DNA of 64,000 nt from an uncultured Alphaproteobacteria bacterium. Its GTDB lineage: Bacteria; Pseudomonadota; Alphaproteobacteria; UBA6615. Below the pieces are notes generated by a model, which was not told the DNA's origin, did no database searches, and saw nothing but the letters and a program-made list of their open reading frames with translations. Below are positions 47,701-57,285 of this stretch, in pieces. The first letter of the stretch is position 1; each line of letters starts with the position of its first letter. Where the stretch lies: NCBI GenBank assembly GCA_964276015.1, contig CAXYDO010000002.1, positions 162,151 through 226,150 on the forward strand, in the 5' to 3' direction. The translations under genes and the position numbers were made by a program.

Positions 47701-48930
47701 TCAAGGGTTTAATCCGTCGTAACGCAGGACATAGATTCCGTGATTTTTATCGGAAACGAAGATATTGCCGCGCACATCAACAATCACGTCTTCAGATTGC
47801 GCCACGAGCTTGGTCGCTGGTAAAATTCCAAGCCGCTCGGTCGGATCGGGCGGCAGGAAATAGCCAACTTCCTGAGGCTGGGTGGCCTCCGAGACATCAT
47901 AAACCCGCAATCCGGCGTTGAAATAGGTCAGGAAGCACAGATCCTCGCCCTGATAGAGGATGTCCTGATATTGCGGCTGATGCTGGTTGTGCGGACCAAA
48001 CCGCCCGCCACGCTCGCAGAACGTTCGATAGGGCGCATCTTCCGGGGGTACGGGCAACGGAAACAGCGATGCCAGACGGGGGTTCTGCTCATCGGAGACA
48101 TCGACGATTCCCGCATAGCCCAAGGGCTCCTCGCAATTCTCCTTGATCGCCTCAGAATTGACGATGACCACATCCCGACTCTGCAGCGGCACCGCCGTAT
48201 GAACGGCGATGAACGTCTGGAACGGAGGACAGAACGGCAAGTCACTGATCTTTTTCGGGTTGGTCTTGTCGGAAATATCGAGAACGACAAACCCGCCAGA
48301 GCTGTAGGGCAGATAAGCACGGTCGCCTTTTACATAGGCCCCGCCATGCAGCATCACACCCCTCTCCGCCGGTTCTTCACCACCGCCGACATTCTGGCCT
48401 TCCATCCACCAACGGCCCACTTCGACCGGGTTACGCGGATCCTCGATATCAAGAATCTGCATGATGTTTCCCTGGAAACCCTCGGGTACGCCGGTGGCGT
48501 AGATATATCGTCCGCCGTCGTAGTAGTTCCGATGGGTGCCGTCGCCGCCGGTCCTCCAGTGGCTCAGAAGCTCGGGGTTTTCCGGGTCTTTCAAATCCCA
48601 GATCAGGACGCCCTCACCCCAGGTCTGGCCCTCGACATGCCCCCAGCCTTCCATGATCTTTTCCTGCGACGTCACCAGTAATCCGTCGGCAACCTGCACC
48701 TGCAGGGTCCAGGTATTCGAGGGTCCCTCGACATAGCGGACAAACCGGGGATTGGTCGGGTCCGTGACCTCGATAATCGAGAAACCAGACTGCCAGAAAA
48801 GGCCGCAATACAGGTACCAGCGGTCTTCGTCCTTGTGCAGCGCCAGCTTGAACGCCGGCTTCTTGTCGCAATCGGTGTAACCGATCGCGGTGATGTTTTT
48901 CGAGAATGACTGACCTTCTGGAAACGACAT
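47701..48930 (-). CDS. LVIVD-repeat (predicted beta-propeller) protein.
   Basis: 409 aa with repeated ...(V/I)x(V/I)xD(V/I)S... strands (IIEVTD, VLDISD, IVDVSD, VYDVSE). 13-nt gap to the downstream permease gene, so same operon. Confidence 0.65.
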   Translation of the reverse strand: MSFPEGQSFSKNITAIGYTDCDKKPAFKLALHKDEDRWYLYCGLFWQSGFSIIEVTDPTNPRFVRYVEGPSNTWTLQVQVADGLLVTSQEKIMEGWGHVEGQTWGEGVLIWDLKDPENPELLSHWRTGGDGTHRNYYDGGRYIYATGVPEGFQGNIMQILDIEDPRNPVEVGRWWMEGQNVGGGEEPAERGVMLHGGAYVKGDRAYLPYSSGGFVVLDISDKTNPKKISDLPFCPPFQTFIAVHTAVPLQSRDVVIVNSEAIKENCEEPLGYAGIVDVSDEQNPRLASLFPLPVPPEDAPYRTFCERGGRFGPHNQHQPQYQDILYQGEDLCFLTYFNAGLRVYDVSEATQPQEVGYFLPPDPTERLGILPATKLVAQSEDVIVDVRGNIFVSDKNHGIYVLRYDGLNP

Positions 48931-49000
48931 AACTTCCCCCGGTTCACTCTGATTTTGAGGGCTGAGATTAGGGTCGTTACCCGATCACTGTAAAGCGCAT

Positions 49001-49019
49001 GTTTTCATTGAATGAAAAC
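49001..49019. promoter_or_regulatory. Perfect inverted repeat GTTTTCATT-g-AATGAAAAC, a GntR-type operator-like palindrome upstream of the decayed GntR/HutC gene.
   Basis: Read directly. It fits the GT...AC GntR-family operator architecture and lies about 70 nt upstream of the regulator remnant. Confidence 0.4.
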
Positions 49020-49090
49020 AAATGGGCTGACGTCTTCTTCTGGATTATGTTTTCTGCCTATGCTTAAACTCAAATTGGCAAAAACAATTT

Positions 49091-49831
49091 CGTAAACCTG
49101 ATGCCCCCTGCCGAAAAACTCAGAAACCGCGCTATGATATCATCGCATATGAACTGAGATCGGAGATCACGTCTGGCGACTTTGCCTTGAATGACATGCT
49201 ACCCACCGAAATGGAGCTGTGCGCACGGTATGATGTCAGTCGCCACACGGTTCGCGCGGCCCTGCAACGGTTGCGCGAGCAGGGATTTGTCTCAATGCGT
49301 CGCGGTTCGGGAACCCGGGTCATCTCAACGGCCCCGAAGGAACCTTACGTACGATCATTTAACTCATTGTCCGAATTGCTGCATTACCCGGATACAAATT
49401 TCGAACCAAACGATATCGCTCACGTGATCCTTACGCCGGCGAATGCCGAGCGCCTTTCCCTGCAGGAGGGAACAGATTGATTCCGCATTTCTGGCATTCG
49501 CCGCTCAATTTCCAGCAATCAGCCGGTCTGCTGTCAGGAAGTTTTCGTGCTCCCGGAATATGAGTCCACGGCGCGGCGCCTATTAACCGAGCATATCCCG
49601 GTTCACCGAATTATCGAGCGCACCCATAACAATCGTATTGCACAGGCACAGCTGGAAATGGCTGCGTGCCGGGTCTCTAAAGAGGTGGCGGGCAAGCTAG
49701 ACTTGGCCCCAGGCCGCGCGGCGATATCTATCCTGCGCCGTTACGCACGCCCGAACGACACGGTGTTCGAAACCACGGTCAGCATTCACCCGAAAGACCG
49801 TTTCGTCTACTCACTGGGGATCACCTATTGA
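49091..49831 (+). pseudogene. GntR/HutC-family transcriptional regulator (wHTH plus UTRA domain), disrupted by at least two frameshifts and a premature stop.
   Basis: ATG 49091 gives MPPAEKLRNRA. After a frame change the sequence reads ...KPRYDIIAYELRSEITSGDFALNDMLPTEMELCARYDVSRHTVRAALQRLREQG...GSGTRVIS..., a GntR HTH ending at 49480. A third frame covers the middle of the UTRA domain. Track ORF 49547..49831 (...VHRIIERTH...DTVFETTVSIHPKDRFVYSL) is the UTRA C-terminus. Confidence 0.7.
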
Positions 49832-49889
49832 CGAGGCCGTAGACTGACCTTTAGGTCTTGCACGGCGGACAAACATCCATTTGCCGCAG

Positions 49890-50984
49890 CTAGCGGACGA
49901 ACTTCACCAGCGCGGCTTCGTCAACTTCAATTCCAAGCCCCGCACCGGTCGGAACCCTCACCTGACCGTTCACAACATTGACGCCGGTTTTGGCGATGTC
50001 GTTTGCGAGATATTGAGCGGTTACAGAGACGCCCCATTCAATCGCAGGTGCTGCCGCTGCAATTTGCAGAACCGCCGCGCTCGACACGCTGGATTCAGCG
50101 ACCTTACCGGCCATATTCACGTGCAAACCAAGCTCATCGAAGAGTACGGCGGCCTGATAAGCCCGGGTGACACCGCCCAGCTTAATCATCTTCAGACTGC
50201 CGCCCGCGGCAGCCCCCACATCCTTGTGCCGGCGGATATCATCGAAGCTGTGAAGCCCCTCATCTGCCCCGATCGGGCATGGGGAGGCCGCCGCGATCAT
50301 GGCCATGCCTTCAACGTCATGCCCCATAACTGGCTGCTCGAGGAAATCGAGGGATTCGCCGGCAGCTTTCACATAGGTAAGTGCCTCTTCCAGGGTCCAG
50401 CCCTGGTTGCAATCTGCCGATAGCTGAACGCCGCCATTCACGGCTTTTCGGATTGCGATCGTTCGCTCGATATCCTGCTCGACCGGCTTGCCGCCGACCT
50501 TAATTTTCATGGTGGAGACACCGGCCTGCGCGCGCTCTGTCGCCTCGGCGACATCAATGTCGATATTGCCGGTCGCAAGCATGTAGAGAACCGGCATTTC
50601 GGTCCGTCGAACACCGCCGAGAAGCTCGGCAACCGACTTTTGCTGGGCTTTGCCCGCAATATCGTAAAGCGCCATCTCAACAATGGTCTTGGCGCTGGCA
50701 TTGCCGTAGAGACGCCAGTCCATCTCCCGGAGGTTTTCTTCGAAATCAGCCGGGTCCCGACCTTTCATGAACGGCGCGAGATAATTCACCGCGGCAGCCA
50801 TGCTTTCGACCGTCTCTCCGGTCATCGTCGGGGCTGCAGAGGCTTCGCCCCAGCCCACATGGCCGTCATCTGTCTCGATACGCGCAAAGACGTTCTCCGA
50901 TGTCGCAATTTCAACACCGGACATCTTGATCGGGCGCCTGAGCGGCAAATCGGCTGCCATCACCTTGATATTCTTGATTTTCAT
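49890..50984 (-). CDS. Mandelate racemase / muconate lactonizing enzyme family protein (enolase superfamily).
   Basis: 364 aa. Capping domain plus TIM-barrel with KxK (MKIKVGG), D...E...D metal ligands (...ADCNQGWTLEEA...FLEQPV...) and the late-barrel catalytic segment. Confidence 0.9.
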   Translation of the reverse strand: MKIKNIKVMAADLPLRRPIKMSGVEIATSENVFARIETDDGHVGWGEASAAPTMTGETVESMAAAVNYLAPFMKGRDPADFEENLREMDWRLYGNASAKTIVEMALYDIAGKAQQKSVAELLGGVRRTEMPVLYMLATGNIDIDVAEATERAQAGVSTMKIKVGGKPVEQDIERTIAIRKAVNGGVQLSADCNQGWTLEEALTYVKAAGESLDFLEQPVMGHDVEGMAMIAAASPCPIGADEGLHSFDDIRRHKDVGAAAGGSLKMIKLGGVTRAYQAAVLFDELGLHVNMAGKVAESSVSSAAVLQIAAAAPAIEWGVSVTAQYLANDIAKTGVNVVNGQVRVPTGAGLGIEVDEAALVKFVR

Positions 50985-51011
50985 AGATCGTCTCCGTTTT
51001 CGCCGTGCGGG

Positions 51012-51941
51012 CTACCGGCCCCGCTTCAGTTCACGTGATTTGGGCTTGGTGCCCGGCGCATAATCCGAAACCTCTTCATCGAGGAACTTGCTCAGCTTGC
51101 GCAGCCGGTCAGAGGATTGCTTGCGCACCATATCCACGTCACAGCCATCCCAGTCGTAAAACCCTTTGCCCGCCGACAGACCGACCTCACCGCGCGCCAC
51201 CATATCCTGAATCAACGGGTTAGGGGTATCGACCGAATGCAATTCAGGAACAATGGAACTCTGTGCCAGGGCATGAATTTCCAGCCCCGAGGTGTCTTTT
51301 TGCTCGATCAGGCCGTTCAAGCACATGCGCGGCGCCAGCATCTTGCGCGCGGCCATATCAATATCGGCCGGCGTCGCAACGCCTTCTTCGACCAGGTAAT
51401 AAGCCTCGTGCAGGATAATGTGCTGCAGCCGGTTAATCAGGAACCCGACGATGGGCTTGTAGAGGGTCACGATTTCCTTGCCCGTGCGCATGACCGCATC
51501 GGCAACCGCGTCAACCACGTCAGCCGGCGCGCCCGGACCCGCCATGACTTCGGCCACTGCCGTCGTGTCGGCCGGCATGAAATAATGGATGCCCGTGAAC
51601 AGATGAGGACGCTTCAGATTCGCCCCGAGATCGTCCAGAGACGCGCCCGATGTTCCGGTCGCGATGATCACTTCGTCATCCGGATAGGCCGCCTCGATTT
51701 CGGCGAAGACCCGCTGTTTGATCGCGGCATCTTCAGGCACAAATTCGATCACCAGATCCGGGGCTTTGGTTGGCAGATCGGTCACAGCCGTCACACCCGT
51801 AGGCAGATCACTCAACTCGCTCGCACGGCTGCTCTTCACGATGGTTTCAAATCCCGCATCCGCAAATGTTGCCGAAACGCCTTTGCCCATCACGCCATAA
51901 CCATAAATGAGAACGGTCTGGATCGATTTTCTACCTGTCAT
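51012..51941 (-). CDS. 3-hydroxyacyl-CoA dehydrogenase family protein (NAD-binding).
   Basis: 309 aa. Rossmann N-terminus (VLIYGYGVMGKGVSATFADAG) and the 3HCDH C-terminal dimerisation domain. Confidence 0.85.
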   Translation of the reverse strand: MTGRKSIQTVLIYGYGVMGKGVSATFADAGFETIVKSSRASELSDLPTGVTAVTDLPTKAPDLVIEFVPEDAAIKQRVFAEIEAAYPDDEVIIATGTSGASLDDLGANLKRPHLFTGIHYFMPADTTAVAEVMAGPGAPADVVDAVADAVMRTGKEIVTLYKPIVGFLINRLQHIILHEAYYLVEEGVATPADIDMAARKMLAPRMCLNGLIEQKDTSGLEIHALAQSSIVPELHSVDTPNPLIQDMVARGEVGLSAGKGFYDWDGCDVDMVRKQSSDRLRKLSKFLDEEVSDYAPGTKPKSRELKRGR

Positions 51942-52136
51942 GAAACTCCCCTAACAAACGGCTTTATTGTAGCGTATATGCATACGTGCGCGTCCCAATT
52001 GTCGCGCCCGCGCGGACTGTATATATGTCCCGAGAAAATCAACAGTCCCGCAGGGATTCGTATCTTCAATCGAACTCTCGAAGATGCAAAAACCTAACGG
52101 AACGATCAATTCTATTACCTGGGGGAACCAGCAACC

Positions 52137-53012
52137 ATGTCCCATATGCCCACTTCCGATGATTTCGAAGACATCCTATTCGAGGTCAAAGACAACGTCG
52201 CCTGGATCACGATCAATCGTCCGAATTCACGCAATGCCTTTCGTGAGCACACGCTCGACGAGCTGATCCACGCCTTCAAATCGACCCGCAACGACGCGTC
52301 GATCGCTTGTGCCGTTGTCACCGGCGCAGGCGACAAGTCCTTCTCGGCTGGCGGCGATTTCGGCGCGATGATGAAGCTGAACTGGACCAACGCCTATCAC
52401 TGGAACGACCGGATGCTCGGCACGGCCATGACCATTCGCGGCCTGCCAATCCCGGTCATCGCCATGGTCAATGGCTGGTGCATGGGCGGCGGACACGAGC
52501 TCGCCCTGTGGTGTGACATGGTGATTGCTTCCGACCAGGCCCATTTCGGCCAGTCCGGTGCCAAAGTTGGCGCCTGCCCGACCGTAGGTGCGACCCAGTA
52601 CATTCCCCGCATGATTGGCGAGCGTCTGGCCCGCGAGATGATCTTCCTCGCTCGTACTTTCTCGGCCCAGGAAGCCGTCGATATCGGCCTGATCAACAAG
52701 GTTGTGCCGCATGCCGATTTGCTCGCAGAAACCCAGAAATGGTGTGAGACCATCAAGGGCCATAGCGGGCAGACGATCCGGATGACCAAGAAGTCACTCA
52801 ACCATGAGTCCGATGAGCTCTATGCGTCGTGGCAGCACGGCATGGAGTTGCTGGCTCATGTCTGGGGCAGCGAGGAATCCATGGAGGGTATGCAGGCCTT
52901 CCTCGACAAGCGCAAGCCGGACTTCATGAAGTTCCGCATGAAGAACAAGGAAGTCGTCGACACGTATCTCGATGATCTCGCGAACGACCGCAACCAGCTC
53001 AAAAAGGGCTGA
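52137..53012 (+). CDS. Enoyl-CoA hydratase/isomerase (crotonase) family protein.
   Basis: 291 aa. Oxyanion-hole segments (...AVVTGAGDKSFSAGGD... and ...AMVNGWCMGGGHELAL...). Confidence 0.85.
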   Translation: MSHMPTSDDFEDILFEVKDNVAWITINRPNSRNAFREHTLDELIHAFKSTRNDASIACAVVTGAGDKSFSAGGDFGAMMKLNWTNAYHWNDRMLGTAMTIRGLPIPVIAMVNGWCMGGGHELALWCDMVIASDQAHFGQSGAKVGACPTVGATQYIPRMIGERLAREMIFLARTFSAQEAVDIGLINKVVPHADLLAETQKWCETIKGHSGQTIRMTKKSLNHESDELYASWQHGMELLAHVWGSEESMEGMQAFLDKRKPDFMKFRMKNKEVVDTYLDDLANDRNQLKKG

Positions 53013-53022
53013 GTACGAAACC

Positions 53023-54225
53023 ATGACAGGCACCGAAACTCCCGGCGCCCTCGACGGCATCCGCGTGATTGATCTCACGCGGGTGCTCGCAGGGCCGTTC
53101 TGCGCGATGATGCTCGGCGATATGGGTGCCGACGTGGTCAAAATCGAACAGCCCGGTCGGGGCGATGATACGCGGGCCTGGGGGCCACCATTTGTTGGTG
53201 AGGAATCCGCCTATTTCCTGGGTGCCAACCGCAACAAACGCGGCATGACCCTCAACCTCAAGGACGAATCCGCCCGTAAGGTCCTCGCTGAGTTGCTTCG
53301 CGACGGCGATGTGGTGATCGACAATTTCAAGCTCGGCACCATGGCGAAGTTCGGTTTCGATGATGCTTGGTATGAAGCCAACGCCCCAAAAATCGTGCGC
53401 GCATCGATCCTCGGATATGGATCCACCGGTCCGCGCGCCGGCCTGCCCGGCTACGACTTCCTGCTCCAGGCTGAAAGCGGTCTGATGAGCATCACGGGAG
53501 AGGCCGATGGCGATCCCATGAAGCTCGGCGTGGCCATCGTCGATTTGTGCACCGGGATGTACGCCCTATCGTCAATTCTTGCGGCATTGCAGGCACGCCA
53601 CACGACCGGCAAGGGTCAATACGTGGAAGTGTCTCTCTACGACACCGGGATATCCCTGCTCGCCAATGTTGCGGCGAACTACCTCGCTTCGTACAAGGAA
53701 TCCGGACGGTACGGCAACGGCCACCCGAACATTGTGCCCTACAACGCCTACCCCACGCGCGACAGCATGATCGCGCTCTCGGTTGGTAATGACGGCCAGT
53801 TCCAGACATTTTGTAACGCGGTCGGTCAGGATGAATGGGCCGACGATACGCGGTTCTCCCGCAACCGGGACCGGGTCGAAAACCGTGAGGCCTGCGACGA
53901 GATGATCTCTGCGCTCCTGAAGACGGACGACACCGCAGCCTGGCTCGACAAACTGCAGGCGGCAGGCGTGTCCTGCGCCCCTATCAATACGGTGGCGCAA
54001 GCCTTGACCGCCGAGCACACCATCGCACGGGAGTTGGTCACCAAGGCCGTTCACTCCACCGAAGGTGAGATCGACCTTCCGGGCATTCCGTTCCGCCTGA
54101 TGGGCACCCCGGCCAGCGTGCGCCGTGCGCCGCCGACTCTGGGCGAACACACAGAAGAAATCCTGACCGCGCTGGGAAAATCAGCCGACGAGATTGTAGC
54201 GCTACGCGAGTCCGGCGCGATCTGA
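53023..54225 (+). CDS. CoA-transferase family III (CaiB/BaiF-type) protein, third copy.
   Basis: 400 aa from the ATG at 53023 (MTGTETPGALDGIRVIDLTRVLAGPFCAMMLGDMGADVVKIEQP...). The track ORF starts 17 codons earlier, overlapping the crotonase gene. Confidence 0.9.
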   Translation: MTGTETPGALDGIRVIDLTRVLAGPFCAMMLGDMGADVVKIEQPGRGDDTRAWGPPFVGEESAYFLGANRNKRGMTLNLKDESARKVLAELLRDGDVVIDNFKLGTMAKFGFDDAWYEANAPKIVRASILGYGSTGPRAGLPGYDFLLQAESGLMSITGEADGDPMKLGVAIVDLCTGMYALSSILAALQARHTTGKGQYVEVSLYDTGISLLANVAANYLASYKESGRYGNGHPNIVPYNAYPTRDSMIALSVGNDGQFQTFCNAVGQDEWADDTRFSRNRDRVENREACDEMISALLKTDDTAAWLDKLQAAGVSCAPINTVAQALTAEHTIARELVTKAVHSTEGEIDLPGIPFRLMGTPASVRRAPPTLGEHTEEILTALGKSADEIVALRESGAI

Positions 54226-54332
54226 TCCGTGACGTTTCGTCTTAAGAGACGTTCGAGCCCGTTGGGTGTCCCCCGAGCAGTTGCCATACGATAACCTCTG
54301 CAATCAGTCAGAACCTTTCTCAGGGGAATATC

Positions 54333-55139
54333 ATGGAAAAAAATCGATGTCGGACGCTTGACCCTTAACGTGGACGAGATGGGTGATGGCCCGCCGTTCA
54401 TTTTCATTCCCGGCCTCGTTGGCGTGATGAATTCCTAGGAGTATCAACGCAAAATCTCCTCGGACAACTACCGCTGCATCTCCTTTGACCGCCGCGGTAC
54501 AGGCAACAGTGACCGACCGGATGCAGGCGGTTATTCAACCCAGCACATCGCCGACGATATCATCGCATTGATGGACACGATGGGCATCGAGAAAGCCCCT
54601 TTCGCCGGCACATCTGCGGGCGGCGCCATTCTACAAAACCTGGCGATCAATCGCCCTGATCGCCTGCGTTGCTGCATCGTCTCCAACACCTGGACCAAGG
54701 CGGACGAATATATCCGCCGGGTACAGACCGCCCGCCGCGAGATCGCCCTTTCCGAGGGGCCGGAGGCCTATGTGCGGGTGAGCTCGCTGTTCACCAATGG
54801 CTGCATGCAGTTCCGCCACAACCTCGACAAGGTGATGGAACTCGAAAAGCGTTCGCTTGCGACAATCGCCGAGCCGGAAATTCTGGCGGCGCGCATCGAC
54901 ATGACCCTGAACCATGATCGCCTGGACGAGATCACCAAGATCAAGAACCCGTCCCTTGTCATCGGGACGCGCGACGACGCAACTGTCCCCTTCTACTTCT
55001 CTGAAGATTTGCACGAAGCCATCGAAGGCTCAGAGCTGATTATCGTCAAAGAAGGCGAGCATTAGTCTTTCCGTCGGCATGCCGACGAATGGGCAGCGCA
55101 TATCCGTCCGTTTCTGGAGAAGTGGGAAGACAAAATCTA
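54333..55139 (+). pseudogene. Alpha/beta-fold serine hydrolase disrupted by a +1 frameshift in an A7 homopolymer (54337..54343) and two in-frame TAG codons (54436..54438 and 55063..55065).
   Basis: With 6 instead of 7 A's the sequence reads MEKIDVGRLTLNVDEMGDGPPFIFIPGLVGVMNS-[TAG]-EYQRKISSDNYRCISFDRRGTGNSD...FAGTSAGGA (G-x-S-x-G nucleophile)...IIVKEGEH-[TAG]-SFRRHADEWAAHIRPFLEKWEDKI. This is a complete hydrolase fold including the catalytic His region, all in one frame. Only a 165-aa fragment survives as an ORF (54568..55065). Confidence 0.7.
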
Positions 55140-56132
55140 ATGCGCGTTGGCATCGTCGGGATTGGATGGTGGTCAGATGTTCTGGCCGGGGTTATTAAAA
55201 AATCGGACAAGCTGGAGCTTCGCGCCGGTTTCACGCGTTCCCCCGAAAAGAACGCAAAGTTTGCGGAACCCTTCAACTGCGAAACCATGGCCACCTGCGA
55301 GGATATGCTCGCACTCGATGATCTCGACGGGGTGATCCTGACGACGCCTAATTCGGCACACCTCCCCGGCACTTTGGCCGCCGCCGCCGCCGGCAAACAC
55401 GTGTTCGTCGAAAAGCCTGTCTCCAATACGATCGCCGATGGACGCACCATGATCGCAGCGTGCGATGCCGCGAATGTGGTTCTCGCGGTCGGGCATTCCT
55501 ATCGGCGCCACGGGGCGCTCCGCCATCTCAAGAAAATGATCGACGATGGGGAACTGGGGTGCGTCAGTCGGGCCGAAGGCATATTTTCAAATGACAATGG
55601 CCTGAAGCTAAAGCCAGGTGCGTGGCGCACCGATCCGGAAGAAATTTCCGGCGGATGCCTGATGCAAATCGGCATCGACCAGATCGACAATTTGCTTTAT
55701 CTGCTCGGAGACATTCAGGAACTGACCGCTTATGTGGATCGCCTGGAAACAGAACCTGAAATTGAGGACGTCACATCCGTTCTGATGCGCTTCCGGTAAG
55801 GGGCCATCGGTTTCGTGGCGTCAGACTACATCTCTCCACGACGCTTCATAATCAACGTCCACGGCACAAAGGCCAACGCATTCTTCGATATGTAAATTGA
55901 CGGGTTACGGATTCAACGCACCGGAGAGAGCAAGCCCTCGCCGGTCGAGTTTCCGCCCGCCGATCACTTGCTTGCTGAGCTCGAAGATTTCGCCGACGCC
56001 GTCACGCAAGGACGCAAGCCGGAAGTTGATGGCACGGATGCCCTCAATCCACTGGCCATCGTCCTGGGCGCCGTCAAATCTTCTCCCGAGAGACGCTCCG
56101 TCCCGCTGTCGGAGATATTAGGCGAGGCCTGA
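55140..56132 (+). pseudogene. Gfo/Idh/MocA family oxidoreductase interrupted by two in-frame TAA codons (55797..55799 and 55893..55895), with no frameshift.
   Basis: ATG 55140 (MRVGIVGIGWWSD...EKPVSN...). After the first TAA the same frame continues GAIGFVASDYISPRRFIINVHGTKANAFFDM-[TAA]-IDGLRIQRTGESKPSPVEFPPADHLLAELEDFADAVTQGRKPEVDGTDALNPLAIVLGAVKSS..., a typical Gfo/Idh/MocA C-terminal domain ending at the TGA at 56130. Confidence 0.7.
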
Positions 56133-57203
56133 TATTTTCAGCGCTTGGTCGCGCTCTAAGCCGAGCAAGGCACCGCCTTCAAGCAATCCTTCCCAGGTAC
56201 GCACCGGAACGAAGATGCCATCGGCACCACGTTGTTTGCGGGCCGCACGTTCGGGATCGCCGGGCACCAGAACCGGCGCATCCGGGACGGCTGGCCGGGC
56301 CGTCTTCGTGTAATCGGTCATATCTGTGATTTCCTGCTTGATCCAGTCTGCATCGCCGAGCCGCGCCGGATCGATCACGACCATTGTCATGGTGTTGATG
56401 ATCCCGTCGAGGCGTTCGTTCCCGGGCTGGATAGTGCCCCCGCCCGACAACGCGCCCGACATAAGCTCGGCCAGCAGACAAAGGGCATAGCCCTTGTGCT
56501 CGGCAAAGGCGCGCAACGCCCCCAGCGGCGGATTGAACATAACTCCCGGATCGCCCGTCGGTTGGCCGTCGCTATCGATCAGCCAGGCATCGGGCACGGT
56601 TTTTCCAGAATCATGGGCCACGCGAATTTTACCCATCGCCACCACACTCGTGGCCATATCCAGAATAATAGGCTCGTCGGGTTTAGTCGTCGGCATCGCC
56701 ATGGTGATCGGGTTGGTCCCAAAACGGGGGTCCGCACCCCGAAAAGGCGCAACCATCTCATGGTGGTCCGTGACATTGGTAAAATGGATCGACACGAAAC
56801 CCGCCGCGGCAATCATTTCCGCATAGGTGCCGACCCGACCGATATGGTGCGAGTTCTTCAGGGTCGCAACGCAGATCCCGGATTCACGTGTGCGCGCGAT
56901 TGTGGCCGCTGTGACCTCTTCCGCGACACGCTGGCCGTAGCCCTTATGACCATCGAATTGCAGAAAGGGACCATCATCGTGCACGCAATCAGCAGCCGTA
57001 TTGGGCACCAGAAGCCCGCGCTGAAGGTTTTTGATGTAGGTGGAAACAATCCCGATGCCGTGGCTGTCATGACCGGCGAGATTTGCGCCCACGAGGTGTT
57101 CGGACACAATCCGGCATTCGCCTTCGTCGCTGCCACCCAGCCGGATGATTTCATGAATAAGCGCTGTCAGCGCTTCAGCCTTTACGGTTACGTCGCCCGA
57201 CAT
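56118..57203 (-). CDS. Ldh family oxidoreductase (malate/L-lactate dehydrogenase type 2 / delta1-piperideine-2-carboxylate reductase-like).
   Basis: 361 aa, with ...HDSHGIG...NSHHIGRVG... Confidence 0.85.
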   Translation of the reverse strand: MSGDVTVKAEALTALIHEIIRLGGSDEGECRIVSEHLVGANLAGHDSHGIGIVSTYIKNLQRGLLVPNTAADCVHDDGPFLQFDGHKGYGQRVAEEVTAATIARTRESGICVATLKNSHHIGRVGTYAEMIAAAGFVSIHFTNVTDHHEMVAPFRGADPRFGTNPITMAMPTTKPDEPIILDMATSVVAMGKIRVAHDSGKTVPDAWLIDSDGQPTGDPGVMFNPPLGALRAFAEHKGYALCLLAELMSGALSGGGTIQPGNERLDGIINTMTMVVIDPARLGDADWIKQEITDMTDYTKTARPAVPDAPVLVPGDPERAARKQRGADGIFVPVRTWEGLLEGGALLGLERDQALKISGLA

Positions 57204-57285
57204 GGAACCCTCTCCCCAACCTGATAGAGCCGAGAAGCTAGCCGATCAAACGACGCGGGTCACGTGGTGACATCACGATCGCGGC

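Noticed and set aside
55897-56121. 74-aa + strand ORF overlapping the end of the Gfo/Idh/MocA pseudogene.
   Set aside because: It is out of frame relative to the clear Gfo/Idh/MocA C-terminal domain, Pro/Ser/Arg-rich, and has no RBS.
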